Source: the human T2T-CHM13v2.0 reference genome, Homo sapiens
Direction: 5' to 3' (one strand)
Assembly: GCF_009914755.1 (NCBI RefSeq)
Contig: NC_060947.1
DNA length: 64,000 nt
Shown here in pieces: positions 28,514 through 42,300 of the stretch. The notes under the pieces are model-generated. The model saw only the letters and a program-made list of their open reading frames with translations. It was not told the DNA's origin and made no database searches. Each line of letters opens with the position of its first letter. The first letter of the stretch is position 1. The position numbers were made by a program, and so were the translations under genes.

Positions 28514-31500
28514 TGTGTGGCAATTGTGAAAGGGACTGCATTCCTGATTTTGCTCTTGGCATAATTGTTGTCCGTGTATAAGAATGTTAGTGATTTTGCA
28601 CATTGATTTGGTATCCTGAAATTTGGCTGAAGTTGTTGATCAGCTTAAGGTAGTTTTTGGCCAAGACTATGGGAGTTTCTAGATATAGAATCATGTCAAC
28701 TGCAAACAGGGATAGTTTGACTTCCTCTGTTTCTATTTTAAAGTTCTTTATTTCTTTCTCTTACCTGTTTGCTCTGACCAGGACTCCCAATACTATGTTG
28801 AATAGGAGTGGGGAGAGAGGGCATCCTTGTCTTATGCCAGTTTTCAAGCGGAATGCTTCCAGCTTTTTCCCTTTCACTATGATGTTGGCTATAGGTTTGT
28901 CACATATGGCTCTTATTATTTTAAAGTATGTTCCTTCAATACCTAGTTTATTGAGACTTTTTAACATGAAGCAATGTTAAATTTTATCAAAAGCCTTTCT
29001 GCATTTATTGAGATAATCATGTGGTTTTGTCTTTAGTTCTGTTTATGTGATGCATAGCATTTATTGATTTGTGAATGCTGAACCAGTGTTGCATCCCAGA
29101 AGTGAAACCTATCTGACGGTGGTGGATTGGTTTTTTGATGTGCTGCTGGATTAAGTTTGCAAGTATTTGGTGGAGGATTTTTGCATCAATGCTCATCAAG
29201 GATATTGGCCTGAAGCTTTCTCTTTTTTTTGTTGTGTCTCTGCCAGGTTTTGGTATCAGGATGATGCTGGCCTCATAAAATGATTTGGGGAGGAGTCCCA
29301 CCTCTTCAATTTTTTGTAGTACTTTCAATATGAATGGTACCATCTCTTCTTTGTACATCTGGTAGAATTTGGCTGTGAATCCATCTGGTCCTGGGCTTTT
29401 TTTGGTTGTTAGGCTATTTATTACTGATTCAATTTTGGAGCTCATTATTGGTCTGCTCAGAGATTCAATTTTTTTCCTGCTTCAGTCTTGGGAGGAAAAA
29501 TGTGTCCAGGAATTCACCCATCTCTACTAGGTTTTTCAGTTTGTATGCATAGAGGTGTTTGTAGCAGTTTCTAATGGTAATTTTTATTTCTCTGAGGTCA
29601 GTGGTAACATCCCCTTTGTCATTTCTAAGTGTGTTTATTTGGATCTTCTCTCTTTTCTTCTTTATTAGTCTAGCCAGCAGCATATCTGCCTTATTAATTT
29701 TTTGAGAAAACGAACTCCTGGATTTGTAGATCTTTTGAATTTTTTTTTGCATCTCAATTTCCTTGAGTTCAGCAATGATTTGGTTATTTCTTGTCTTCTG
29801 CTAGCTTTGGGTTTGGTTTGCTCTTCATTGTCTAATTCTTTCTGTTGTGATGTTAGGTTGTTAATTTGAGGTCTTTCTAACTTCTGGTTGTGGGTGTTTA
29901 ATGCTATAAATTTCCCTCTTAACACTGCCTTAGCTGCATCCCAGAGATTCTGGTATGTTGTATCTTTGTTCTCATTAGTTTCAAAGAACTTCTTGATTTC
30001 TGCCTTAATGTCATTATTTACCCAAAAGTCACTCAAGAGCATGTTGTTTAATTTCCATGTAATTGCATGGTTTTCAGCGATTTTTAAAACTTTGACTTCT
30101 ATTTTTATTGTGCTTTGGTCCAAGAAGGTGTTTGGTATGATTTCAGTTCTCTTGCAGTTCCTGAAGATTGTTTTATATCTGATTGTTTGGTGGATTTTAG
30201 AGTATGTGCTACGTGATGATGAGAAGAATGTATATTATGCTGTTTTGGAGAGGAGAGTTCCGTAGAGGTCTATCTGATATATTTGGTCAAATCTTGAGTT
30301 CAGGACCTGAGTATCTTTGTTAATTTTCTGCCTTGATGAGCTGTCTGATCCTTTCAGTGGAGTGTTGATGTCTCCCACTATTATCGCATGGGAGTCTGCA
30401 TCTCTTTGTAGGTCTCTAAGAACTTGCTTTATGAATCTTGGTACACCTGTGATGGGTGCATATATATTTAGGACAGTTAAGTCTTCCTGTTAAATTGAAA
30501 TCTTTACTATTATGTAATGCCCTTCTTTGTCTTTTTAAAAATCTTTCTTAAAGTCTGTTTTGTCTGAAATTATAATTGCAACCCATGCTTTTTTCTTTTT
30601 TTCATTTTCTTGGTAGATTTTTCTCCATCCCTTTACTTTTAGCCTATGGGTGTCATTGTAAGTGAGATGGGTCTCTTGAAGACAGCATTTTTTAGGGGGA
30701 GTCTTGGTTCTTCATCCAGCTTGCCATTCTGTGCCTTTTAACTGAGGTGTTTAGTCCATTTACATTCAACTTTGGTATTGAAATGTGTGCATTTGATTCT
30801 GTTATTATTTTGTTGACTGGTTATTATGCCGGCTTGTTTGTGTGGCTGCTTTATAATGTAACTGATCTGTGCACTTAAGTATGTTTTTCTATTGACTGGT
30901 AATGATCTTTACTTTCCATGTTTAGTGCTCCTTTCAAGATCTCTTGCAAGGCAGGTCTGATGGTAACAAACTCCCTTAGCATTTGCTTATCTGAAAATAA
31001 TCTTATTTCTCCTTTGCATAAGAAGCTTAGTTTGGCTGGATATGAAATCCTTGTTTGATGATTTTTTTTCTTTAATAATGTTGAATATAGGCCTCTACTC
31101 TCTCCTGGCTTGCAGGGTTTCTGCTGAGAGGTCCACTGTTAGCCTGATGGGCTTTCCTTTATAAGTGACCTGCCCTTTCTCTCTAGCTGCTGTCAACATT
31201 CTTTCTTTCATTTCAACCTTGGAAAATCTGCTGATTATGTGTCTTGAGGATGATCTTCTTGTGTAGAATCTTGCATGGTTCTCTGTATTTTCTAAATTTG
31301 ACTGTTAGCCTCTCTAGCAAGGCTAGGGAAGTTTTCATGGACCATATCCTCAAATGTGTTTTCCAAAATTTTGCTTTCTCCCTGTCCCTTTCAGAGTTGC
31401 CAATATTTCATAGATTTAGCTTGTTTACATAATCCCATATTCCTCAGAGATTTTGTTCATTCCTTTTCATTCTTTTTTTTCTTTATTTTTGTCTGACTGT

Positions 31501-32479
31501 CTTATTTCAGAGAGCCAGTCTTCAGTTCCTGAGATTCTTTCCTTGGCTTGATGTATTCTCCTTTTAATACTTGTGATTGCATTGTGAAATTCTTCTAGTG
31601 TGTTTTTTCAGCTCTATCAGATCAGTTAGGTTCTTTTTTTTACTAGCTGTTCCATGTATTGGTTTTTGTATCATTTTATTGTGATTATTAGTTTTCTCAG
31701 ATTGGGTTTTGCCATTCTCCTAAATCTCAATGATCTTTATTTCTATCCATATTCTGAATTCTATTTCTGTTATTTCAGCCAGTTCAGGCTGGTTAAGAAC
31801 CCTTGTTGAAGAACAAGTGTGATCATTTGGAGGACATAAGCCACTCTGGCCTTTTGAGTTGCCAGAGTTCTTGCATTGGTTCTTTCTTATCTCTGTGTGT
31901 GGGTGTTCCTTTAACTGCAGTGTAGGTTGACTACAGTCAATAGACTTCTTTTTTGTATGTCTTCACAGGGCTGAGGTTTTGTGCAGGGTCTAAATAGCTG
32001 ACTTCTTGTCTTTGGTTTCACAGGGGGCTATGTTAGTGAGGTATTGTTGTTGAAGCTTTGGGTTGTGATCCAATAGGTGGCGCTTAGACATAGTGGTCTG
32101 TTGGTAGGCTCTTGCTCTGTCCTGTTGCTCCTCTGTTATTTCCTCACAGTTGCAGCTATGCTCCCTCTCAATGCCCTGAAAGTGTGGGCTCCTCTCCCAC
32201 TTGAGTGCTGGCTGTAGACTGTGGCTTGGCACTCCAGGGATGTCCATTACAGCTCTATGGCGATATCAGTGTTTGTTTTCTCCTCAACTTGGAGGCAGCA
32301 GAGAGGACCTTAGCAGTGGTTGTGGCCAAAGGTCTTTTACTTGTCTCCTGGGAGCTCCACCCAGGGAGATACAGGTCAGCAGTCACTCAGTGCTATCAGC
32401 CCGGGATGGGGGTTCTGTGCTGTAGGCCTAAGTCGGGGGTTCCCTGCCTGGTAATGAGCAGGTGAGGGGTTCCATGGCA
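26625..32479 (-). mobile_element. Near-full-length old primate L1 (about L1PA13-PA16), degenerate, in POF1B intron 3
   Basis: Continuous 3'UTR, ORF2 fragments (ORFs 27747-30123 with [13 protein letters not shown] and [10 protein letters not shown]), ORF1 and partial 5'UTR; TSD GGGAAAAGAGTT at 26613-26624 and 32480-32491; internal (TA)n about 27047-27085 and (TG)n about 28473-28519. Confidence 0.93.
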
Positions 32480-32491
32480 GGGAAAAGAGTT

Positions 32492-33030
32492 CATATCATC
32501 CATATAAAGAGAGTTCTTATATATCAATGAGAACAAAATCACACTTATAGAAAAATGAGCAAATGACATGAACAATTTATAAAAAATAAAAGCAAATGGT
32601 TAATAAACTTAACAAAAAGTGTTCAGCCAAACTAGGAATCAAACATAGCAGAAGAATGCCATATTTTTACTGGAAAATTTGAAAAATAATGCTGATGAAG
32701 GTTCAGCAGGGCAGGTATTCTCTTATGGAGAGGGGGAAGATTGAATAATCATCCATAGGCTGGAATATGTAGCCATTAAATAATGATCTTGAATAATACA
32801 AATTTATATTAAAAGCTCATAATATCATATAAGTGAGAAAATGGGGATATAAAACTGTATATATGGTATAAACTCAATTTTGTATTTGAATGGAAGAAAA
32901 CACAACAAAATATAAAGAGTAGTAATCTCTAGGTGGGGGAAGGAATCATGAGTGATTTTTGTTTTTGCTTCTTTATATTTTTTAATAGTTCTAAAATTTA
33001 CTACAACAAACACATATTTTCATTATCAGA
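32492..33030 (+). mobile_element. Old L1M (ME-like) 3' fragment
   Basis: AGAAAAATGAGCAAATGACATGAACA and later L1M 3'UTR-like text; interrupted by the younger L1. Confidence 0.55.
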
Positions 33031-34208
33031 AATAATATGTACAGTAAACCCAATTTTAAAACCCTTAATTATGAAAAATAAAATAGATAATACAATTTTT
33101 TGACTGGATTTGACTGTAGTCAACACCCCTGTGATTTAAGTGAATCAATCTCACTTTGTTGGTCCTATAGGGCTGCATTTCTAAGTCAATTATAACCTTT
33201 ATCCCACTGTCCAATGGTTTGTTATGTATGTGGCCCATGCTAGTCTGTGAGCTCCTTGAAAATAGTGATTGTGTCTAATTTACCTTTGTGCAATATGTGG
33301 CACATACTTGGTGTTCGGCAAATGTAAGCTGAGTAAGTGCATTACTCTAATTGACCTAACTCTAATCTAGACCAAACTGAGAAGTGGTAGGGAAACTTTT
33401 CTTTGATAATCTTCTTATTTTTCTGCATAATATCATATTTTCCTTGCTATGCTCAAGGACTAAAGACCAGTTTTTGTTCATTTGTCTCCTCACTGTCCAA
33501 GTTCACATCCTGACCCCGCATCTGGGTCAGATTGTTTTTTTAAACAGCATCTCCCGCCTTCCTACCCTTTAAATCCCATAACCCCTTTACTCCTCTTTCG
33601 TGTAACAACAAACTTAGCGTGCTTTATGTTTTTCTTTCTTCGAATTTACTTTTTGATATATGGCAATTACTTAATGAAACACATATTTCAATATGTGTTT
33701 ATTATTATAGCTACCTTTTGGATACACAATGCCTAGATTCAAGAATAAACCTAAAAGTGGGACTATTAGGCCATAAAGGCTAAGGAAATAGATCCTTGTG
33801 TGTCTTTCAAATCATACACCTATAAGAAGAGTTAGTTATGACCCTATAAGTTATTCTCTCTGAATATGAACTCATAATACTATCACTCATAAAGCCAAGT
33901 CTTCAATCAATCTGAGATCTAGCTATTTCATCCATACTCACTTGGCTAAATTAAACTGCACTCAAACTAAAAGCAGTCAGATTGAACAGGCAATGAAACA
34001 GAAGAAGCTGATTCATAGCACTTGTTTCACATTACTTTTATGGGCTGAGGTGATACTCATATGTGAGAATCCTCTTTCATATTTTATGATCCTCACATGG
34101 TGTGAATGTGTAAAGTCTTATGGGGGTCTAAAGATTGCTTACATACATGAAGAAGACTTCCATATAAAAAAGAGGAACAAATCTAATGTAATTCACAACT
34201 TCTTTTAC

Positions 34209-34283
34209 CTGTTCAGTATTTTGGGTTATATGTAGAGTACTTGGGGCACATGTAGATATTTTTAAAGTTGGAGAATGGAGTTC
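34209..34283 (-). CDS. POF1B: POF1B exon 3 (ELHSPTLKISTCAPSTLHITQNTEQ)
   Basis: cttttgtttctcttaacag|GAACTC...GAACAG|gtaaaa; 75 nt, phase 0, continues the exon 2 frame. Confidence 0.95.
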
Positions 34284-34644
34284 CTGTTAAGAGAAACAAA
34301 AGGGAGTTCAGAAATTATTTGAAAGTCTTAAGTTCTCATGGTATTTTTTCTTTATTTTTATAATAATGTGGTTAGTCAGAAATAAGAGCATTATTTAGTG
34401 CTTTCTTAGATAATATCCATCTTTCCAAAGAACTAAATTACTTTGTTGTCTTCTCACATAACCCAATGATAAAAGAGTTTCTAGAGTGCTTTCATAGCAA
34501 TACATTCTACTTGTACTGTTAGGTTGCATTCTTTTTGTTTCTGCTTCAAGAACTCTGCATTCATATACACCCCAATGTTATTATATGTTTGCAATTAGCA
34601 AGATATAATATTTTACAAACAAAACTTTTCTTTCAGTATTTGTT

Positions 34645-34960
34645 CTATTTCTTTTTTAAAATTCTTATAAATTTAAGGAGTACAAGTGCAGTTTTGTTAC
34701 ATGGATATTTTGCATAGTGGTGAAGTCTGGGCTCTTAGAGTAACCATCAACCGAACAGTGTACATTGTACTCATTAAATAATTTCTCATAAAATGATGTA
34801 AAATTTAATAATTATCAAACCAAGAGATAGACATCCCATTCTTCATGATGTGCTTATTTCACGTTGCATGCCTGTATCAGAACATCTTATGCACCCCATA
34901 AATATACACATTTACTATGTGCCCAAAATTTTAAAAATAAAATAAAACTTAGAAAAAATA
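34645..34960. mobile_element. Two opposed short L1PB/L1MA 3'-end fragments
   Basis: Minus: GTACAAGTGCAGTTTTGTTACATGGATAT. Plus: CATGATGTGCTTATTTCACGTTGCATGCCTGTATC...AAAAATAAAATAAAA. Confidence 0.75.
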
Positions 34961-37900
34961 ATTCTCAAACCAATATAAGAAACTACCTTTGAAAACTCAA
35001 CTAAGAGTAATTTTAAGAGTAAATTTTAAAGTACCTTTGAAGAAGGTAGTTTGAAGAGTAAATTTAAGAGTAAATTTCAAACTACCTTTGAAAATGCAAC
35101 TAAGAGTAATTAATTTTAAATCACTTCAAGCTAACTCTTAATTATGCTTTGTCTATTCTGCTTCTAGTCTAATTTCAGAGTAGGCTCTGTTGTTAAAATA
35201 ATCTGTAAAAGTGAAAGAATATAATTTTTTAAAATGGTCCAATAAAATGATCAATCTGTCCATCATGCTGGCATTGTTTACATATTTCCTCAAAACCAAC
35301 AAAACTGCAATCACTTCATTAGTGTGCAAAGAAATGATGGCGTTACTCAATCTCCCCATACCTTACCATAATTTACAATCAATTGGCACGACTCCATTAT
35401 ATCTTCCTACAAAGGTATAAATATTTTTTCTGTAGAACAAGGGAACTATTAAAAATCAGAATCATTAATTTACAAGGGAAACACTGACAGACTCATACAG
35501 AACTATAGCTATAATGTAGGTGTTACATGTATTCTTAAAACAGGACTATGCATTTACTCAAACTGCCAAATGTTCTGAATTCTTTCTTGTTGTTGCTGTT
35601 GTTGAACTTGTAACATTTTCATCCTCCACCACCCTTTATATCAACAGCAATACTGCAGGCTCAGTATTTCTAGGAATCTTTTGCATATATTCTCAGATTT
35701 TCTGCTAATAATTGAGAAGACTTGCTCAGACAAATGCAGAGAATTACAGATTATAGACAAAACAGGTACACATTATCCAGTTTAGGAAAATGGTTATAAA
35801 TACAACCATGTGCAGGCAGGTTTGGCCCACAGACCCAAGAGGAGCAGATTCAAGAAGACAAGAAAAAAGAGGGGTGCTCTTTAGTTATGGAATAACACAT
35901 GAACACATTCTTAATATAAACATTTATATAGATAAGGTTAAAGACCTTCTCTTGACCATCTTTCCTCCATTCACTTACCCAGAAGTGACTATTGTTGTCA
36001 GTTAAGATGTCTTTACATATATACCTATGTATAAATAGTAATATTATTGCTTTCATTGTTCTACAACTTAAACCAAACAGTATCTCTTGTATTATGTACT
36101 AGATACATGTTTTAACTCATTATTTTCAATTAATAGTATTCCAAAATGCTTGCTTTATAGCTTGTTTTTATGTTTTCCTGCTGATTAACATTTATATTGT
36201 TTCCAGGTTTCCACTGTGCTGCAATGAGCATCCTTGTGCAACATGTTTCTTTAGAATCCCACACAGAATTGGGATTGCTGGGGCATGGAGTATGTGTGTT
36301 ATTCATTTGAACAGATACTGCCCAACTAATTTCCCAAATTTGACTATGATAATTATACATCCACCAGCAGTGTGTGAAGGTATTCATGTCTAGAGGATGT
36401 TTGGTCTGTTTAGGCTGGGGCTAATAATATTATACTAGTATCATTCTGAGAAGACAACTATACACATGGTTAGTATCTGGTAGCTGTTGTAGAAATGATA
36501 GCTCTGTCCTTCTTGTAACCAATTCAAATATGATGGCATTAGCAAATGAAACATAGCAAATCTTACTAGCCAACTGGACTAGCTTTTAAGATACAAAAGC
36601 GTACTAAGAAGTTTTATAAATCTGCAGAAATTTAAACAAATAGGAATACACACACATCACACATCACAGATAAAGACATTTATTTATGCTAGTATAAGCA
36701 GTATTACTTTATTCAGATGTTAAGATAATAGATGTTTAAATGGCAAACAGTTGTATTTGAGCAAAGACTAGTCTTGCCCTAAAATGAAGGAATTCTTTAA
36801 TCTTCTTATATGTGGAAAGCTGGAACATTAAGTCCATAGATTATAATGTACTCAATTATTTTTAGCCCTACTTCAGCCTTCATTATTAAAATTGATCATC
36901 TAGACAAATGTGGCTTTCCCACGCAACCCTCATGGAAACATTAGAGAACAAATATAATAGGTTCAAAAATTACAACATTAAGATGTAGCTTAATATGAGT
37001 CAAAGATATTTAGACATATGGTGTTGACCAGCATGAATTTAAATTGCATCAGTATGGATTTAGGCTGATCATAAGGGGGAAAACCTCTCTGAAAATAGGT
37101 TTATTAATTCCAGAAATACTTGCTAAAGAAAACCCCTTTTCCCTGGAAGTCTACAAAATTAAGTAAGATGGTGTGAGTAAATGTCCAGAATGAACAAAAC
37201 CTTGATGTTGAAAGGTACTTTCAATGGCATCAAGATCTAGGCAAGATTGCAGCAAGTCATCCCATAAATAGCCATTGACCATTCCATAGAAAGTGATCCA
37301 AAATATTTTTGAAAGAATGAATGAAAAGGAGATCTTAGTTTTAAAAGCACTCCAGGAATAACAATCCAAATCTCCCTCTTAATAACCTGTATCAGTCAGT
37401 GTTTAATTTTGTTACTCATCTGTGTATAGCTTACCTAAATCCTTCATGTTGAAACTATTAAATTCAATGAACAGTCAATGTTTTTGTTTTTATGCCTTTT
37501 GTGCCACAGCCCCACATTCCTGATGACCAAATAATTGAAGGCGATAATGGGGTGGTGGTGGTTATCATGACATAGTGGAAAAAGTGCTAGACTTGGAGTC
37601 AGCAGACCTGGATTTTATTCCCATTTATACTACTAGCCACTTTTGTAATACTGGTCAACTCATGTTCTCTCTCTGAGATTTGTTTCCTCATGTGAGAAAT
37701 GAGAAATGGGATATGGGTGTGGGCGAGTGTGGATTAGAGGATCTTTAAGTTTGTTTCTGACGTTCTGTGAATATAAGAGACCATTCCCAACTTATTTTTC
37801 CATACAAACAAAACAATTTCAAATTTTTTAAACTTGTCAGTATTGTTTTCCTTTTGATGATGATTATAATGATGACTAACACCTATTAATAGCTTTCTGT

Positions 37901-38579
37901 GCCAAACATGTTACATAGATCATTCTCTTTAACACTCAAAATAACCCCATAAAGAAGATACTATTATAACCCCATTACATAAACAAGTGAAGTTAGACAG
38001 AGGTAGGATAGGTAACCAGATGGAGATTACACAGCTAATGCTAAGGTGCTGGAATTCCAACTCAGCATGACTCCAGAACTCATGCTCTTAATCACCATAT
38101 TTTGCCACGTTTATTGCTTGCTTCATTATATTTTCTGTTTTTCAAGTTGTGTAACCTAATTATATGGTTAAGTTTGACTAGTCCTTATAACAGAAGGTCA
38201 AATACTGGGACTTTTAAAATTATTCAGTGTCAAAAGCAACTTTGGAGGCCTGAAAATAAGACACCCACCCACAAGTAGCTGTGTGAGAGAACAGCCTTGA
38301 TTAGATAATTTAAGTTTCCATAAACTCAATAGAATTTGTAAAACGCGTGGTACATTTACAGAGTGTACTCACAAGCCTCTAAAACTCAATAAACCATTGA
38401 ATTTTTGTTTAATGCTCATATCATCTAATCTCTTCAATTTTGCAGGAAGACCTTACTTTTTCTGATAAAATATTCAGCATTTTGTTGAGTCGTTTATTCC
38501 TGTGGGTCAGACTTGCTATATACACAAACATTATACTTTATTGGCAACTTTAAGTAGAGTCTGGTGAAAAAGAATTTGG

Positions 38580-38880
38580 GGCCGGGCGTGGTGGCTCACG
38601 CCTGTAATCCCAGCACTTTGGGAGGCTGAGGTGGGCGGATCACGAGGTCAGGAAATCGAGACCATCCTGGCTAACATGGTGAAAACCCGTCTCTACTAAA
38701 AATACAAAAAAATAGCCGGGTGTGGTGGCGGGCGCCTATATTCCCAGCTACTCAGGAGGCTGAGGCAGGAGAATGGCGTGAACCTGGGAGGCAGAGCTTG
38801 CAGTGAGCCGAGATCGTGCCACTGTGCTCCAGGCTGGGCGACAGAGCGAGACTCTGTCTCAAAAAAAAAAAAAAAAGAAA
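38580..38880 (+). mobile_element. AluY
   Basis: Full dimer with AluY diagnostics (ACCATCCTGGCTAAC, GAATGGCGTGAACC, GAGCTTGCAG); 15-bp TSD TGAAAAAGAATTTGG at 38565-38579 and 38881-38895. Confidence 0.96.
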
Positions 38881-39063
38881 TGAAAAAGAATTTGGTTTAT
38901 AATTATGTGGGCTTGGGGATAATTTCATTACATCACTTGAGATAATTGTCCATACCTTTGTACACACTAAATCTGAGCTAGGAAACTCTGGTTTCCCTAG
39001 AGAATTCATTATTCATAAAAGTATATCTTATTTCCACCTATTTGTTAAAAAAGCTGTTTTCAG

Positions 39064-39349
39064 GGGAACATCACACACAGGGGCCTGTCAGAAGATGGGG
39101 ACCTAGGGGACGGATAACATTAGGAGAAATACCTAATGTAGGTGACGGGTTGATGGGTGCAGCAAACCACCATTGCCCGTTTATACCTATGTAACAAAAC
39201 TGCCCTTTCTGCACATGTACCCCAGAACTTAAAGTATATATATATATAAATATATTTTATTCATATTTATATATATTATATTATATATACTATATATATA
39301 TATACTTTAAGTTCTGGGGTACATGTGCAGAAAGGGCAGTTTTATATAT
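39064..39349 (+). mobile_element. L1PA (about PA7-PA8) 3' fragment with AT-rich tail and inverted self-copy
   Basis: GGGAACATCACACAC...GAACTTAAAGTATA; TSD AAGCTGTTTTCAG at 39051-39063 and 39350-39362. Confidence 0.9.
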
Positions 39350-42300
39350 AAGCTGTTTTCAGAGTTAAATCAGATGATGTGCAAATGGCCTAAATGTCTC
39401 AGTTATTTACTTTAGTGAAAATGCTTTTGAGTAGCTCAGTGCAGTAAAGAAAGAAGGGAAGGCAGAAGCTCAAAAGGTGTTATTCTCCTTTGAAAGAAAG
39501 AAAACCTTAAAAACTTAATATATACCCTGAATTCTAGGATTATTTCTGAGCAAGACCTTGAAAACTAGAGGGAAAACTATTTTTGTCCTCTAATGTATTT
39601 TTGATATTTTCCATTCTGATAATGGAACATTAGAATGGGAAAATATACAGTAAGGGTAATCATCAAATGTTTTGTTGAAATAAAAAATGTGAACTAATTT
39701 AAACTGAAATCATGAATATCGAAAGTTAATTAAGGGAGATAGCTGATGTAATGAAAATATCAGGAGCTGGTTTTTAAACTCAGGGCATTCACTAACCAGC
39801 TGTACTAAATAGGCAAGTTATTTTGAGCTATTCGAGTCTCAATTTCCTTATTTGTTTAACAGATAAATAATACACAATGAATATTGTCTTTATTTGTACA
39901 TCGTACAATTTGTACAATAAACATAATAATGCATGTTTTATCTAATTGTTGAGGTTCTATCAAGTTGTTTACTAGATAATCATATACATGGAAGAGTTGT
40001 GAAAAACAAAAAACCCATGTATTAATATGAAATATTATTTTCACTGGATTGATTATATATGTGACTAAGTTACTAACTTGCAGTTTCTTTACTACTTATT
40101 GTGTAGTGGCATTGAAAGAGATACAAATGATGTTAGAATATAATCTCTACCCTCTCATGGTTATAATCATGTAGGGCATAAACACTATGAGTACAAATAG
40201 GAATTAAGTAGACTATCATAAGACCTATAAGAAGCTCACTAGGTAAGTTTTGAGGGCTAAGAGATAACTTCAACCTGGGACAATCAGAGGATCAGAAGGT
40301 TACACTTGAGGAAAGGCTTGAAAAATTTGTATAATTTCAGGGTGTCTAGATTGGTGAGGGTGAGGAGCAGGAGCAGTTCAGATGTAAGAGCAATGGAGTG
40401 AAAGACATAGCTGTGGAAAATTGGGGACTTTATTTAGAGAACAATCATTTACACTTAGCTAAAACATAGGACACCAGAAGGAGAGTTCCAGGAAGTTCCA
40501 CAGGAGCCCTAACATGGAGGGCCTTGAAAGTCAGACTAAGCAATTTATAGATACTTAGTGTCATTGAAGGTTTTTGCAGCAGAGGAGTGATATGGGATGT
40601 GTATAGGGAATTTAAGCAACTTTTCTAGAGAACATATTCTTAGGTGTAATTAAAGTTGTGGAGATTTTAAAATTAATATTCCTAGGGACTCCAACTAGAC
40701 TGCTTCATAGTTCTATTCTGCCAAAGTTCACCTCATGATTGCATATTTATTTACAGCTCTTCCTGAGACATTCCACATAGACCTTTTTGGGCATTTTCTT
40801 CATACAATTTTCTCTGCAATTGGTCTTTAGACTGCAAAATCTGAACCTCTTCAGTCAAGACCTGTTGGCTTCATTTTCCTGTTGATAGCTGTGGTCAAAG
40901 AGCTCAAAAGCCTGGTGTAAGACATACAAGAAAGACTGAAGGTAATGAGAATTAAATCATAGAGAATATTACATACGTAGTGCAGGCTTTGTTTCTAAAT
41001 ATTTGGAAACTTGCTAACATGAAAGTATAACTCTTTATGTTGTCTAATTTGAATTTTAAAACTTTACATAAAGACTAATATACAGTATAATATTCCATGA
41101 AGGAAAACCATGGAAGGTTTGTGTATGCTCCTGTTACTCCCAATGACTATGAGAATCACTGAAGGTAATAATGGTGAGTTACAAATACTCTAGGCTGAAC
41201 AGTTTCAAAAGAAGCAATATCTTTAAAAACCACCTGACATTTATGCTGACAGAATTTGCCAAGGCAAACCTCCATTTGAATAAATTCCCTGAATAGTATG
41301 GGAGATGTTTTTGTTAGGATCTTTCAAAGCCATGTAACATAGTTAAACACCTGTCTGAGGTTATTGTTGAGATGTTATACTCAACTTATATAGCAAGAAA
41401 CATGTTATTTATAATAATCTCTCTTTAGATGAAATAAACACTTCTTTGATTTAGGATAAAATCTGTGTTTCTGTTGTCATACAAAGAAAGCAACCGAATG
41501 TATAATAGAACTACTTCCTGTTCCTCCTTCTCTCCAACCCAAATCCCTCATTTAAGAGGTCCATATTGGGTTCTTTCTCTTCTTTTTCTGAAGAAAACTA
41601 GGAGACAGAGAGAAAATAAAATACACAGTCTTTTTTGCAGTGCATGCTTTCTGTCTTTAAAAATTATGAGTATATATACTTTATTGAAAATCAAAAAATG
41701 ACCTCTACTGGGATAGCCCCTGGTCTGAAGAAAAAGTTGGCTGAAATATATTTATTAATAAAAGTTTTAACTTTTAAATAGGGCTTAAGAGCATGGCAAA
41801 TTTCCCAATTGTTTTGTCATGAATTGTCAAGAAAATAAACTTGAAAGGACAGTTTCCCTCTCTTCCACTTGCCACCCTCATATCTTGCCACACACACACC
41901 GTGACAGCTTATGAGTGCCTTTGACTGAAAACAGGCCCAGCAATTTATCAGACCTCCGTTAAACAAGATACAATTGCCATGGGCATTTTCACTCAGCAAT
42001 TAGTTGCACTCTCCAATTTCTATAGCTTCATTTAATTGTAAGCACAAAAGAGGAGACCAAAGCTGAAAATGCAACCCCTTTATCCTATGACCTCATTCTT
42101 TTTTCAGGCAGCGCACTTCCTTGAACAATCATTCACTTTAGTGACTACGCCCTTGAACAACAATTTATCAAAGCAGCACACCCCTCCCCACAGAACGGGA
42201 AACTTTTCTGATAGTGGAAGAGAAGAGTTATCCACAATCTTTGCAACCAAAGAAAAAGCACAAAAAAATCATATAAACAAAGGTAAGCCCCAGCTGAATA

